Assembly (NCBI GenBank): GCA_964551605.1
Contig: CAZKCV010000003.1
Coordinates: 15,474-79,473, forward strand
Reading direction: 5' to 3'
Origin: an uncultured Gammaproteobacteria bacterium
GTDB taxonomy: Bacteria; Patescibacteriota; Microgenomatia; Daviesbacterales; UBA10151
DNA length: 64,000 bases
Shown here: positions 18,345-26,479 of the stretch, piece after piece
How positions within the stretch are numbered: position 1 is the stretch's first letter
Layout of the letters: every line of letters begins with the position of its first letter
Notes under the pieces: model-generated
Told to the model about the DNA's origin: nothing
The model's input: the letters and a program-made list of their open reading frames with translations, nothing else
The model's database searches: none
Translations under genes and position numbers: made by a program

Positions 18345-18744
18345 TTTTTCTCATTTCCAAAGCTTTTTTAAGTAATGACCTGTCCTGAGAAAAAGTCAAC
18401 TGTTTTAAGGCTTCTTCCGGCTCAAACCACCCTGACTCCTCCACCTCCCAATCATGATCAGCTATATTTCCGGATACATACTTCATCAAAAAATAAGTTA
18501 CTACTTTGAAGATCTTTTCATCATTAAAAGTATATACATATTTGGAATAGCCTACCTTACCTATAATCTCGGCCTCCACCCCGCCTTCTTCCCTGACTTC
18601 CCTTAAGGCAGATTCTTCCATTGTTTGTCCAGGATGATCAAGCAAGCCTTTAGGAAAACTCCAATGGTGATTTTGGGAGTGCTTAGTTAAAAGCACTTTT
18701 CCTTCGTTAAAAACTATTCCACCAGCTGAAAATTCTCGTTTCAT
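18337..18744 (-). CDS. NUDIX hydrolase
   Basis: Nudix box GQTMEESALREVREEGGVEA. The longest ORF begins at 18801 but overlaps the tRNA-Arg gene. The internal start MKREFSAGGIVF at 18744 is more likely. Confidence 0.75.
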   Translation of the reverse strand: MKREFSAGGIVFNEGKVLLTKHSQNHHWSFPKGLLDHPGQTMEESALREVREEGGVEAEIIGKVGYSKYVYTFNDEKIFKVVTYFLMKYVSGNIADHDWEVEESGWFEPEEALKQLTFSQDRSLLKKALEMRKNG

Positions 18745-18768
18745 GTTTTTAATCCACTTTATAATAAG

Positions 18769-18842
18769 TACGCCTGAGAGGATTCGAACCTCCGACCCCA
18801 AGATCCGGAATCTTGTACTCTAATCCACTGAGCTACAGGCGC
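18769..18842 (-). tRNA. tRNA-Arg(CCG)
   Basis: Reverse complement GCGCCTGTAGCTCAGTGGATTAGAGTACAAGATTCCGGATCTTGGGGTCGGAGGTTCGAATCCTCTCAGGCGT. Anticodon stem CAAGA/TCTTG, loop UU-CCG-GA, and a G1-U72 wobble. Confidence 0.8.
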
Positions 18843-19002
18843 ATCATAACAACGCATCTTCGACATCTTTTTTAAAAGACTTTTTATCAAAAAATCCAAT
18901 CTTCCATCTGGCTGTTGCTCCACGACACCATGCTCTCGCAAATAAGAGCTTCTTGACTTTTCTTGGTTTAATTGGTTTTTTAGTTTTTGGTAATGACATA
19001 AG

Positions 19003-19084
19003 CGGAGGGTGCAGGAGTCGAACCTGCTAGGGCTTTCACCCGATGGTTTTCGAAACCATTACCTTACCGTCCGGCCCACCCTCC
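19003..19084 (-). tRNA. tRNA-Ser(CGA), type II (D-arm fold less certain)
   Basis: Reverse complement ...GGAGGGTGGGCCGGACGGTAAGGTAATGGTTTCGAAAACCATCGGGTGAAAGCCCTAGCAGGTTCGACTCCTGCACCCTCCG. Perfect anticodon stem ATGGT/ACCAT, loop UU-CGA-AA, long variable arm, T-arm GCAGG/CCTGC, and acceptor GGAGGGT/ACCCTCC. Confidence 0.6.
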
Positions 19085-19090
19085 CTAAAG

Positions 19091-19163
19091 CGCGCCTGGA
19101 GGGAATTGAACCCCCGACTTCAACGTCCGCAACGTTGCGCTCTATCCGCTGAGCTACAGGCGC
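19091..19163 (-). tRNA. tRNA-Arg(GCG)
   Basis: Reverse complement GCGCCTGTAGCTCAGCGGATAGAGCGCAACGTTGCGGACGTTGAAGTCGGGGGTTCAATTCCCTCCAGGCGCG. Perfect anticodon stem CAACG/CGTTG, loop UU-GCG-GA. Shares acceptor and D-arm with the tRNA-Arg(CCG) gene 250 bp away. Confidence 0.75.
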
Positions 19164-19203
19164 AGGTAATGTGTATTGTACAACAGGCGAAGCTAATATG
19201 CGA

Positions 19204-19794
19204 TTAACGATGGACGTTTTCCAGAGGAAAATGCTTTTGCAGTGATTCTGACCATTTCTCCATCAGTGATTTATATGGCTTTTCATGAAATGGCAAAAAG
19301 CGGGCTACTATTTTTTTAATCTTCTCATCATCTTCTTTGCCTAAAACCAACATCAACTGAGTAGGAAATCTAAGCCGTGTCTGAACATGTAAAACCTTTA
19401 AATTATCTTTTTCTTTAAACCAGAATGAATCCAAAAAATGCCAGAAATAAAAATCCTCACCTATTGTAATCCCCTGGGTAGAAATATGGTAAGTAATATT
19501 GTGCGGCGGCACAAAAGCCAGGACATAAGTCACGAAAGCAAAAGAAAGTATCACTCCAATCAGTAAAAACTCCTGGGCTAAGAAAGCAATTAGAACTAAA
19601 AGTAAAGCAATTATGGCAATGGTGGTGTAGTAGGAACGGTCTTTTTTCTTAAAAGGCCGGGCCGGCGCTTCCCAAGACAGTAGAGTTTTAAGCTCCTCTG
19701 CTTCACTCATTTTGGGGGTGAAAAATTCCGGTCCGGTAGCTTTTTCTGAATGTTTTTCTTTAGGTGCTTCTTCTCTAGGATTATCCTTGGGCAT
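19204..19794 (-). CDS. membrane hypothetical protein
   Basis: Internal start MPKDNPREE (19794) is preferred because it avoids overlap with the endonuclease gene. Two TM helices (YYTTIAIIALLLVLIAFLAQEFLLIGVILSFAFVTYVLAF). Confidence 0.45.
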   Translation of the reverse strand: MPKDNPREEAPKEKHSEKATGPEFFTPKMSEAEELKTLLSWEAPARPFKKKDRSYYTTIAIIALLLVLIAFLAQEFLLIGVILSFAFVTYVLAFVPPHNITYHISTQGITIGEDFYFWHFLDSFWFKEKDNLKVLHVQTRLRFPTQLMLVLGKEDDEKIKKIVARFLPFHEKPYKSLMEKWSESLQKHFPLENVHR

Positions 19795-19804
19795 TTGATT
19801 TAAA

Positions 19805-20581
19805 TTATATATCAAAAAAAAATTTAGTAACAGTTGCTCTATCAAATTCTGTTTTCCAGCTATCATAAGAAGATATATCTTTAATGAAACTTCTTTTCAG
19901 TAACTTAGGATTACTAAAACCAATCCTTTCTCGATATATGTCTATGCTTTCATGATTACTTAAATAAAGCGATCTCTTCATTGTAAGCGTAGGCTTTAAA
20001 CCTAAATTGAGTAAGTTATCTTTTACAAATCTCATAAGTATCATATTTGCATTCCTGAAATTTAATTGTTTGTAAACACGAATCCCCTTTCTACTGTTAT
20101 AAAGCTTAAATGATATTGACCCCTCTGTGTCGAATAACCCACGAACGCATGCTCTACTATATTCTTCTCTCTTCAATATCCAATTTGGCACTACTTTTGC
20201 GTTGGATATAATCCCCATGCTTTTAAGAAAATTTACCGCGATTTTGGAATTTATTCTAATATCTACAGCATTTTCTCTTTTTCTTTTGATTACAGAAAAA
20301 GTGGCTCCAGGAAATAAGTTTCTTGCTAAATTTTCCACATATGATAAATAATCTCGATCCGCGATAAAGTTTAGTGTAATACCTACCTGATAACCAGAAG
20401 CATAGCCATCTCCAAGACAAATACCAATAAATTCTGCTAAAAGTTTACCTTTACGAGGCAGTGTTACTTTATTAAGGCCATTCCTATTATAACCACTTGA
20501 ACATGATAAAGAACAAAATTTACGAATACTTTCTCTTTTCCGATACTCATTCTTACAATGTTTGCAAACACCAAGCATCAT
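19805..20581 (-). CDS. LAGLIDADG-family homing endonuclease-like protein (double motif) with N-terminal Zn ribbon
   Basis: 258 aa. CKHCKNEY...CSLSCSS Zn ribbon; first motif LAEFIGICLGDGYAS; second motif CVRGLFDTEGSISF. Apparently free-standing, not inside an intron or intein. Confidence 0.65.
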   Translation of the reverse strand: MMLGVCKHCKNEYRKRESIRKFCSLSCSSGYNRNGLNKVTLPRKGKLLAEFIGICLGDGYASGYQVGITLNFIADRDYLSYVENLARNLFPGATFSVIKRKRENAVDIRINSKIAVNFLKSMGIISNAKVVPNWILKREEYSRACVRGLFDTEGSISFKLYNSRKGIRVYKQLNFRNANMILMRFVKDNLLNLGLKPTLTMKRSLYLSNHESIDIYRERIGFSNPKLLKRSFIKDISSYDSWKTEFDRATVTKFFFDI

Positions 20582-20666
20582 ATTTTTACACTAAACCACT
20601 CTGCATATATCATCCCATCAAGCTTCTAGCTTATCAAGTATCAATTTGCTACAATTAGCTTCTGAG

Positions 20667-20754
20667 GGTGGGGTGCTTGGAGTGGTTTATCAGGTTGGTC
20701 TTGAAAACCAATGATCGAGCAATCGGTCCGTGAGTTCGAATCTCACCCCCACCG
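20667..20754 (+). tRNA. tRNA-Ser(UGA), type II
   Basis: GGTGGGGTGCTTGGAGTGGTTTATCAGGTTGGTCTTGAAAACCAATGATCGAGCAATCGGTCCGTGAGTTCGAATCTCACCCCCACCG. Anticodon stem TTGGT/ACCAA, loop CU-UGA-AA, long variable arm. Confidence 0.75.
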
Positions 20755-20777
20755 CCCTAGGTTAATAACCTATAGTA

Positions 20778-20864
20778 GGAGAGGTCGCATAGAGGCCGAG
20801 TGCCGCGCAGTGCTAATGCGCTATACCCGTAAGGGTATCGTGGGTTCGAATCCCACCCTCTCCG
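20778..20864 (+). tRNA. tRNA-Ser(GCU), type II
   Basis: GGAGAGGTCGCATAGAGGCCGAGTGCCGCGCAGTGCTAATGCGCTATACCCGTAAGGGTATCGTGGGTTCGAATCCCACCCTCTCCG. Anticodon stem GCGCA/TGCGC, loop GU-GCU-AA, long variable arm, acceptor GGAGAGG/CCTCTCC. Confidence 0.7.
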
Positions 20865-20885
20865 CAGATAGGCTACAATAAAAAT

Positions 20886-21181
20886 ATGGCTAAAAAATTT
20901 AAAATATTTAATATTTCCCAAGTACCGTTTGAAGATATCCATGACACGCCAAACTAACAAAAGGCGCCTTAAAACCAGGACAAAAATGGAACTGGCATAA
21001 ACATGATCAATACGATGAACTTGGAATTGTTTTAAAAGGAAAAGGTAAATTTTATTGGGTGGATGAAATTGCAAATTATAAAGAGGAAGATGTAATTATC
21101 ATTCCAGCCGACACTAACCATAAATTTGAGGCCGAAGGCGATATAAACAGTGAATTTTACTTTGTCCGCATCAAAGTTTAG
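20886..21181 (+). pseudogene. cupin-domain protein gene interrupted by a frameshift in an A-rich run (~20951-20962)
   Basis: Frame 0 reads MAKKFKIFNISQVPFEDIHDTPN then stops at 20955. A second frame continues TKGALKPGQKWNWHKHDQYDELGIVLKGKGKFYWVDEIANYKEEDVIIIPADTNHKFEAEGDINSEFYFVRIKV, which is cupin-like (HKH...E, conserved barrel), with no ATG of its own. Confidence 0.5.
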
Positions 21182-21184
21182 TTT

Positions 21185-21883
21185 TTATCTAGCTAACGTA
21201 ATTGCCCAGACTTTTTTGACTCCATTTCTTTTCAAAACATAAGCGCATTCCCGGAGCGTTGAACCGGTAGTCCAGACATCATCTATGAGCAGCGTATAGG
21301 GTTTAGGGTGTAGGGTATAGTTAGGAGAAATCTCAAAAGCGTCCCGGATATTTTGGTGGCGGTCATAACCTTTTATTTTTACTTGAGGCTTAGTGTAGCG
21401 AACTCGTTTTAAACCTTCACAGTAATCTAAACCTAACTTTTTGGATAAAGTTTGTCCAATCAAAGAAGACTGGTTAAAACCTCTGTCATTACTCCTCCAC
21501 CAATGTAGCGGTACCGGAATTACCACCCATCCTTCCCCTTTACTCTTTTTAATTTGCTCTAAAACAAACGGCTGATATTTACCCCAATATTCCACCAATA
21601 TATCCACCAAGGTTTCTGCCAAACCGCTGACTCTACCATACTTCAGCTGTTTTATAGCTTCTCTTAATGAACCCTGGTATATGCCTAAACTCCACAGGCC
21701 GTCTAAGCCGTATCTTCTTTTGCAAATCGGGTGGGTTTGGCCTCCAACAGCTAACTGTTCACACTTAGGGCACACCAAATCCGTTTGCAAAATATTGGAA
21801 ATACAATCCGTGCAGTAATAAGTATCTAACTTTTTACAGCCAACACACCTTTTTGGAAAAAGCAGATCTAAAATTAGATTCAT
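21185..21883 (-). CDS. comFC: ComF family protein (ComFC-like: N-terminal Zn finger + phosphoribosyltransferase domain)
   Basis: Cys clusters CVGCKK...CTDC...CPKCEQ...HPIC. The C-terminal PRT motif LLIDDVWTTGSTLRECAYVLKRNG is present. Internal start MNLILDLLFPKRC (21883) is preferred over the longer ORF. Confidence 0.75.
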   Translation of the reverse strand: MNLILDLLFPKRCVGCKKLDTYYCTDCISNILQTDLVCPKCEQLAVGGQTHPICKRRYGLDGLWSLGIYQGSLREAIKQLKYGRVSGLAETLVDILVEYWGKYQPFVLEQIKKSKGEGWVVIPVPLHWWRSNDRGFNQSSLIGQTLSKKLGLDYCEGLKRVRYTKPQVKIKGYDRHQNIRDAFEISPNYTLHPKPYTLLIDDVWTTGSTLRECAYVLKRNGVKKVWAITLAR

Positions 21884-22311
21884 ATAATTGATTTTAAGCC
21901 TATTTTGTGGTAATATACAAACCTGGGGATGTATTGTCTCGACAGAATTGCTCTTTGAAAACTGCAAGCCGAATAGGAAACATTATTCGTTAAATATTGT
22001 TTCAAAACACAAACGGCAATAAAATTGTCGGATCCCTCAAGGGTCAAATTCAAAGCCTTATGGCTTTGAACGGCCAAGGCAGCTTTGCTGCTTTAGCAGC
22101 CTAACAGGGTACTTTAGAAATTGTTCTCTTTCTGACGGAATACTAAAGTACGTACAAAGTCAGGATGCTGTTAATCAGGTGTTGGTTGATCCGTATTAAC
22201 AAAAGACAACTCAATCATTCATTAGTTTTCCTGCTAATTGGTTACAACTAATGAACAAAAATTAATTAGCTAAGCTTGTAGAAGATTTTAAAGTCACAAT
22301 TTTGGACGGGG

Positions 22312-22839
22312 GTGCAAAGCCCCCCATCTCCACCCATTGACTATAACTCCACAGTAATATACGCTGAAGGTGTGAGAAAAAAGTGTCTTAAGTGTTATAG
22401 AATATTTGCTCCATCCAGTAGACACATACTATGTCCATCTTGTAGAGGACAAATATACAAAAAGCCATGTCCTAACTGCGGAAAGCTTATCCAACCAAAA
22501 TCATTTCTTTGTGGCAAATGCGACGGTATGAACCGAAGAAAAGCGGACGGTGATCTTTACACTGATAAGAAAGGTTATATTCTTGTTTTTTCTAGAAATC
22601 ATCCAAGGGCATCAAATCGTTATGTTTTTGAACATATTTTAGTGATGGAGAAAAAGTTAGGAAGATATGTATTACCCAATGAAAATATTCATCATAAAAA
22701 TGGTGTTAAGGATGATAATCGCATTGAAAATTTGGAATTATGGGTCAGACCGCAACCAACAGGGGTAAGAGCAAAAGATGCCATAGTTTGGGCAAAGGAA
22801 ATATTAAAAACTTACGGGAATGACGAAAATCAGTATTAG
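22312..22839 (+). CDS. HNH endonuclease with N-terminal Cys-rich Zn-ribbon repeats (homing-endonuclease-like)
   Basis: CLKCY..CPSCRG..CPNCGK..CGKCDG followed by the HNH core NIHHKNGVKDDNRIENLELW. The ORF as listed starts with GTG inside a G5-N8-C6 hairpin. The true start could be a downstream ATG. Confidence 0.7.
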   Translation: MQSPPSPPIDYNSTVIYAEGVRKKCLKCYRIFAPSSRHILCPSCRGQIYKKPCPNCGKLIQPKSFLCGKCDGMNRRKADGDLYTDKKGYILVFSRNHPRASNRYVFEHILVMEKKLGRYVLPNENIHHKNGVKDDNRIENLELWVRPQPTGVRAKDAIVWAKEILKTYGNDENQY

Positions 22840-22938
22840 TTGTGTCCAACAAGATTGTTTCGCTGATCGCTCACAATGACGAAAGAAGAGGATGATTCTC
22901 TACCGCAAAGTTCTTATTCCGCATGTTATAGTTAATTT

Positions 22939-23853
22939 ATGAGTGATATCGGTAAAGAAGGTCCGCGTATCCCCACTACTTCCTGGGAACAAATTAGGGC
23001 TATGCAATTAAGTACTCCCTATTCAGAAACGTTGAGGGCCTTTTTTGCAAGATCCAAAGAGTGGAGGGCTCAACCAAGACAACCAATTTCAGAAGAGGAG
23101 TTGAGAAATGCAATAAAACAACAAGTTATTAAGGCTAATGCTATGGTCCAAAATTACCATAACCCCGATTTAAAAATGATGAAATCCAGAAAAGTATTTG
23201 CTCAAGGTCTTGCTCGACCAGAGATTGGACAGCAAGTTCTAACCAGACTTTATTTTGGAATTGATTCCAGGCATTCAGCGGATGCTTTTAGTATATTGAT
23301 TGATGAATTCTCAAAGGCTGGATGTATGAGGGATATTGATATTGCCTTTAATGAAACAGCTATTGAGGAAGGTCGAACTACCTCCGATATGCTTGTAATC
23401 TATGAACCGCAGTCTCGCCCAGTTGTATTAAACAAAATCTTATCTGCTTACCGTTTAGCCAAAGAGCAACACCCAGATGTTTTCAATCTGACTCCCAGAC
23501 AGAGAGAGGCTGTGATGAGGCACGCCGTAATGCAATTTAAGGCTCCGATTGATGCAAACCTATCTTTTGTAGAAATGGATCCGGAAGATGCAGGGAAAAG
23601 CTGGGATACCGACGAAGTAAGAGAGATAAGAGCAGTTTCTGGTATAAATCATGTTCCTATTCCGAGCTTACCTAGACTAACTGACGAGGATTGGCTAAAA
23701 AAACAAGAGGCTGTAGAAAAAAGAGTTGTTTGGACTAAAAAGGCCGAAGAAGCCATAAAAAGCGGCAATGTAAAATCTGGAGATCAGTTAGAGTATAAAA
23801 GAAAATTATCCACCCCAGCTTTAGTTCAAAGAGGAACAATTACTGCAAAGTAG
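22939..23853 (+). CDS. hypothetical protein (no recognisable motif; GC-richer than surroundings)
   Basis: 304-aa intact ORF; coding is likely from its length and codon usage. Confidence 0.4.
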   Translation: MSDIGKEGPRIPTTSWEQIRAMQLSTPYSETLRAFFARSKEWRAQPRQPISEEELRNAIKQQVIKANAMVQNYHNPDLKMMKSRKVFAQGLARPEIGQQVLTRLYFGIDSRHSADAFSILIDEFSKAGCMRDIDIAFNETAIEEGRTTSDMLVIYEPQSRPVVLNKILSAYRLAKEQHPDVFNLTPRQREAVMRHAVMQFKAPIDANLSFVEMDPEDAGKSWDTDEVREIRAVSGINHVPIPSLPRLTDEDWLKKQEAVEKRVVWTKKAEEAIKSGNVKSGDQLEYKRKLSTPALVQRGTITAK

Positions 23854-23859
23854 AAAAAA

Positions 23860-24306
23860 TCATTCCCTCCCCCGTAGCTCTTGTTCCACTCTGCGCTGAT
23901 GATCTTTTGCTTTAATTAGCTTTCTCTTATCAAATTCTTTTTTACTCTTAGCCAGGCCTATTTCCAGCTTAAACCGGTTATTTTTCTCATAGATTGATAC
24001 CGGTACTAAGGTAGTCCCTTTTCCGGAGACTTTTCCAACCAGGGAGTTTATTTGATCTTTATGCAGTAATAACTTCCGGCTCTTCCCCGCATCATATTCT
24101 TTGTCTGCCGCCTGGTTATACCTGGGGATATTGGCATTGATTAAATAGGCCTCCCCATTTAGTACCCTGATATGACTCTCTCCCAAATCAATTCTGCCGG
24201 CCCGGATTGATTTAACCTCAGCACCTGACAGAACTATCCCGGCTTCCAGATGTTCCAGAATGTGATAATTATGGAGAGCTTTTTTGTTAATAATTCTCAT
24301 AGTCAT
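23860..24306 (-). CDS. smpB: SsrA-binding protein SmpB
   Basis: RIINKKALHNYHILEHLEAGIVLSGAEVKSIRAG...HIRV...EAYLINANIPRY..., the characteristic SmpB sequence. The start may be the second Met (24300). Confidence 0.85.
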   Translation of the reverse strand: MTMRIINKKALHNYHILEHLEAGIVLSGAEVKSIRAGRIDLGESHIRVLNGEAYLINANIPRYNQAADKEYDAGKSRKLLLHKDQINSLVGKVSGKGTTLVPVSIYEKNNRFKLEIGLAKSKKEFDKRKLIKAKDHQRRVEQELRGRE

Positions 24307-24380
24307 CAGTCTTCAGCTATCAGCTTTCAGACTTTTTAATTATATCAGTCTGATGACTGACGACTGACAGCTGATGACTA
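24300..24380. repeat. second copy of the heptamer-array palindromic element (NNNTCAG x4 / CTGANNN x4)
   Basis: tcatcag tcttcag ctatcag ctttcag - actttttaattatat - cagt ctgatga ctgacga ctgacag ctgatga. Fills the spacer between the stop of the 608-aa gene and the smpB start. Its left arm is near-identical to the reverse complement of the right arm of the 13.4-kb copy. Confidence 0.5.
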
Positions 24381-26204
24381 TTTCAAGTCCACAGTATAGA
24401 TCTTGCTACCATCAAGCAGATAAACCTTCTTCCCTTTTTCATCCACCACCAAATCCGTGGCTGCAGCAAATTTAGCACCAGTGATCTGGCCTTTATAAGC
24501 GCCGGTTTTAGTTAAAATAAGTAGCCGGGAATTACCGGAATCCAGCAGGTATAAGTTCTCGGTATCGGATGAGACAAAGAAGCTTTTCGGATCTTTAACT
24601 CCTTTATCTAACCCGCTATAGGCAAAATTATCTTTATCTCCCCTGGTTAAGCGGGTTATCTCTCCGCCAGTTTTAAGCACATAAATGGAGGATTCAATCT
24701 GCATTCTTAAAGCATTACTAAAATCAGCTGTAGTACCACCTTTCGTCAAATACTCTCTTTTGTCGGAATAACCCTCAGAAGTAGCCACATATTTCCAGAT
24801 TTGATTAGTATCCAAAAGATAAACATTGCTGGCAAAGCCATACAGATCTTTAACCCCTTTTAGATCATCATCTTTTTTAGCTACAGTTGTTAACTTGGAA
24901 TTGGTAATATCCACCCTTAAAACACCTTTATCCTTGGAATAGATAAATGCTAACCCACCGTTTAAAGAAACCAAGTTAGCCTCACCCAACTGCTCAGAAC
25001 CGGCCAGGATTTGATTGCTCTTTTTGGCTAAATCTATTACCACCAGTGTTTTTACTCCCGGATCCAATAAAAGCAATTTTTCTCCTGATAAACTCATCCG
25101 GGTAGCCCGGAAATTCTTTTTTATTAAATCCAGATCTAAAAACAGCGGAAATTCGGAAACAGCTGATTCCTGCAAAATGGAAGCGGTTTCGCTCTCGAGT
25201 TGTGTTTTGAAATTTTGGGCTTCAATCTCTTTTGGCTTTAAGCTTAAAGCAGCATCAACCTTTTCTTTAGCCAGATCCAGTTTCTTCTTAGCTTCAGCCG
25301 GGTTTAAGCTGGCTAATCCTTTGGCCGCGTTAAAATTATCCCTGGCTTCCTGCAAACTGCTATTAAACTGTAAATCCCTTTCCCGGTCGCGGGTTGCTTT
25401 ATATTGGTATCCGACACCCAAAGCAATAATTATGATTAAAATAACGGCTGCTGCCAACTTTCCCCTACCGCTGGTGGGAAAACGCGACCTCAGCTTATCC
25501 AAAAGTTTTAATATACCGCTTATAATAGCCTTCAGGAGTAGGGATGGTTTACTTATCCTCTTTTCACTGGCCGGCTCCGTCACCTCTAAATCTTTATTTT
25601 CTGATGAAATAGGTGCAATTTCCACTCTTTCTTCCACTGCCTCAACCAACAAACCTGCTAAACCTTCATTTTCTAAATCCGAGGCTCCGATTTTACTTTC
25701 TACTTCTTCTTCAAAAATCTCCAGCGGTAAATTTAAGGATTTCTCCAGCTCCTCTCCCAAAAACGAGATTAAGCTGCCGGTGGAAAAAAGTACTCTGTCA
25801 CCATCCTGCAAAAACCCGGATATTATTTGGGACGGCGCACCGACTGATAAAAGCGCAGATAAAGTTTCTCCCCGCTTTAGATGCACTGCCACCGCTCCTT
25901 TGCCTATCAGATAGAGAGCCTTGCCGGAAACAGCCGCTAAACACAGATCAAAATCAGATCCTTCAGGAATTTTTTTCCCGGCCTCCTGGAAGGTGGCGTT
26001 TAATTTTTCTGCCGCCGTTCCTTCTGATTCAAAATAAAAATCTTCCAGTTCAGATAAAATTTGTCTGCCGGAGGTAAAAGCATCATCTGAAGTAAGTTCC
26101 AAAACCGCGAAGAATGAATTGTCGTCTTCCCGGACTGAAGAGACCACTTGAGCGGCTTTCTGATCAGTATTTAAGCCAATGACCTGAGCAATTTTAAGTT
26201 TCAT
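24378..26204 (-). CDS. single-pass membrane protein with a cytoplasmic N-terminal domain, coiled coil and a C-terminal beta-rich (propeller-like) extracytoplasmic domain; hypothetical
   Basis: 608 aa; TM helix KLAAAVILIIIIALGVGYQY near residue 245; C-terminal repeats rich in YxL/ LLD / VxD patterns. The N-terminal domain has weak PP2C/SpoIIE-like character (low certainty). Confidence 0.5.
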   Translation of the reverse strand: MKLKIAQVIGLNTDQKAAQVVSSVREDDNSFFAVLELTSDDAFTSGRQILSELEDFYFESEGTAAEKLNATFQEAGKKIPEGSDFDLCLAAVSGKALYLIGKGAVAVHLKRGETLSALLSVGAPSQIISGFLQDGDRVLFSTGSLISFLGEELEKSLNLPLEIFEEEVESKIGASDLENEGLAGLLVEAVEERVEIAPISSENKDLEVTEPASEKRISKPSLLLKAIISGILKLLDKLRSRFPTSGRGKLAAAVILIIIIALGVGYQYKATRDRERDLQFNSSLQEARDNFNAAKGLASLNPAEAKKKLDLAKEKVDAALSLKPKEIEAQNFKTQLESETASILQESAVSEFPLFLDLDLIKKNFRATRMSLSGEKLLLLDPGVKTLVVIDLAKKSNQILAGSEQLGEANLVSLNGGLAFIYSKDKGVLRVDITNSKLTTVAKKDDDLKGVKDLYGFASNVYLLDTNQIWKYVATSEGYSDKREYLTKGGTTADFSNALRMQIESSIYVLKTGGEITRLTRGDKDNFAYSGLDKGVKDPKSFFVSSDTENLYLLDSGNSRLLILTKTGAYKGQITGAKFAAATDLVVDEKGKKVYLLDGSKIYTVDLK

Positions 26205-26212
26205 AGGTTAAT

Positions 26213-26479
26213 TCAAAGAATCCCGAATGCTAATATGATTAATCCAATGGCAAAGCCGGCATGGACTATGGAAAAAGCCTTCAGGATAGGCGAGACTTTA
26301 GTAATTAAGGTTTTGCTCATCAAATCCACCTGTCTAATGACTATTAAGGCAAATATAGCGTAAAACACTAAAATTATCAAAATGGCAATCTTTAAAGCTA
26401 TTCTGATAACCTCAAATTCTAATAAATCAGGTGTGGTGTTAGGCATCTTTTCTCCTTCCGTGAATTCGATGGGTTTCAT
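26213..26479 (-). CDS. small membrane protein, hypothetical
   Basis: 88 aa with two hydrophobic helices. Confidence 0.4.
   Translation of the reverse strand: MKPIEFTEGEKMPNTTPDLLEFEVIRIALKIAILIILVFYAIFALIVIRQVDLMSKTLITKVSPILKAFSIVHAGFAIGLIILAFGIL

Noticed and set aside
18759-18941. 60-aa minus-strand ORF and the extended N-terminus of the NUDIX ORF (to 18801)
   Set aside because: Both run through the tRNA-Arg(CCG) gene at 18769-18842. An RNA gene takes precedence.
20757-21074. 105-aa minus-strand ORF
   Set aside because: It overlaps the two plus-strand tRNA-Ser genes and the cupin reading frame. It is a spurious antisense ORF.
21884-22311. Possible SRP RNA, RNase P RNA or tmRNA in the comFC-HNH gap
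   Set aside because: Weak resemblances (ggccaaggcagc, gctgttaatcaggtg) are in the wrong order for SRP domain IV. There is no GGAAAGTCCGGGCT-type RNase P core and no tRNA-like 3' end for tmRNA. Not supportable without a covariance-model search.
25015-26077. Two long plus-strand ORFs (299 and 154 aa) inside the 608-aa minus-strand gene
   Set aside because: They are Ser/Leu/Lys-rich antisense translations of a gene with clear domain organisation. They are typical shadow ORFs.
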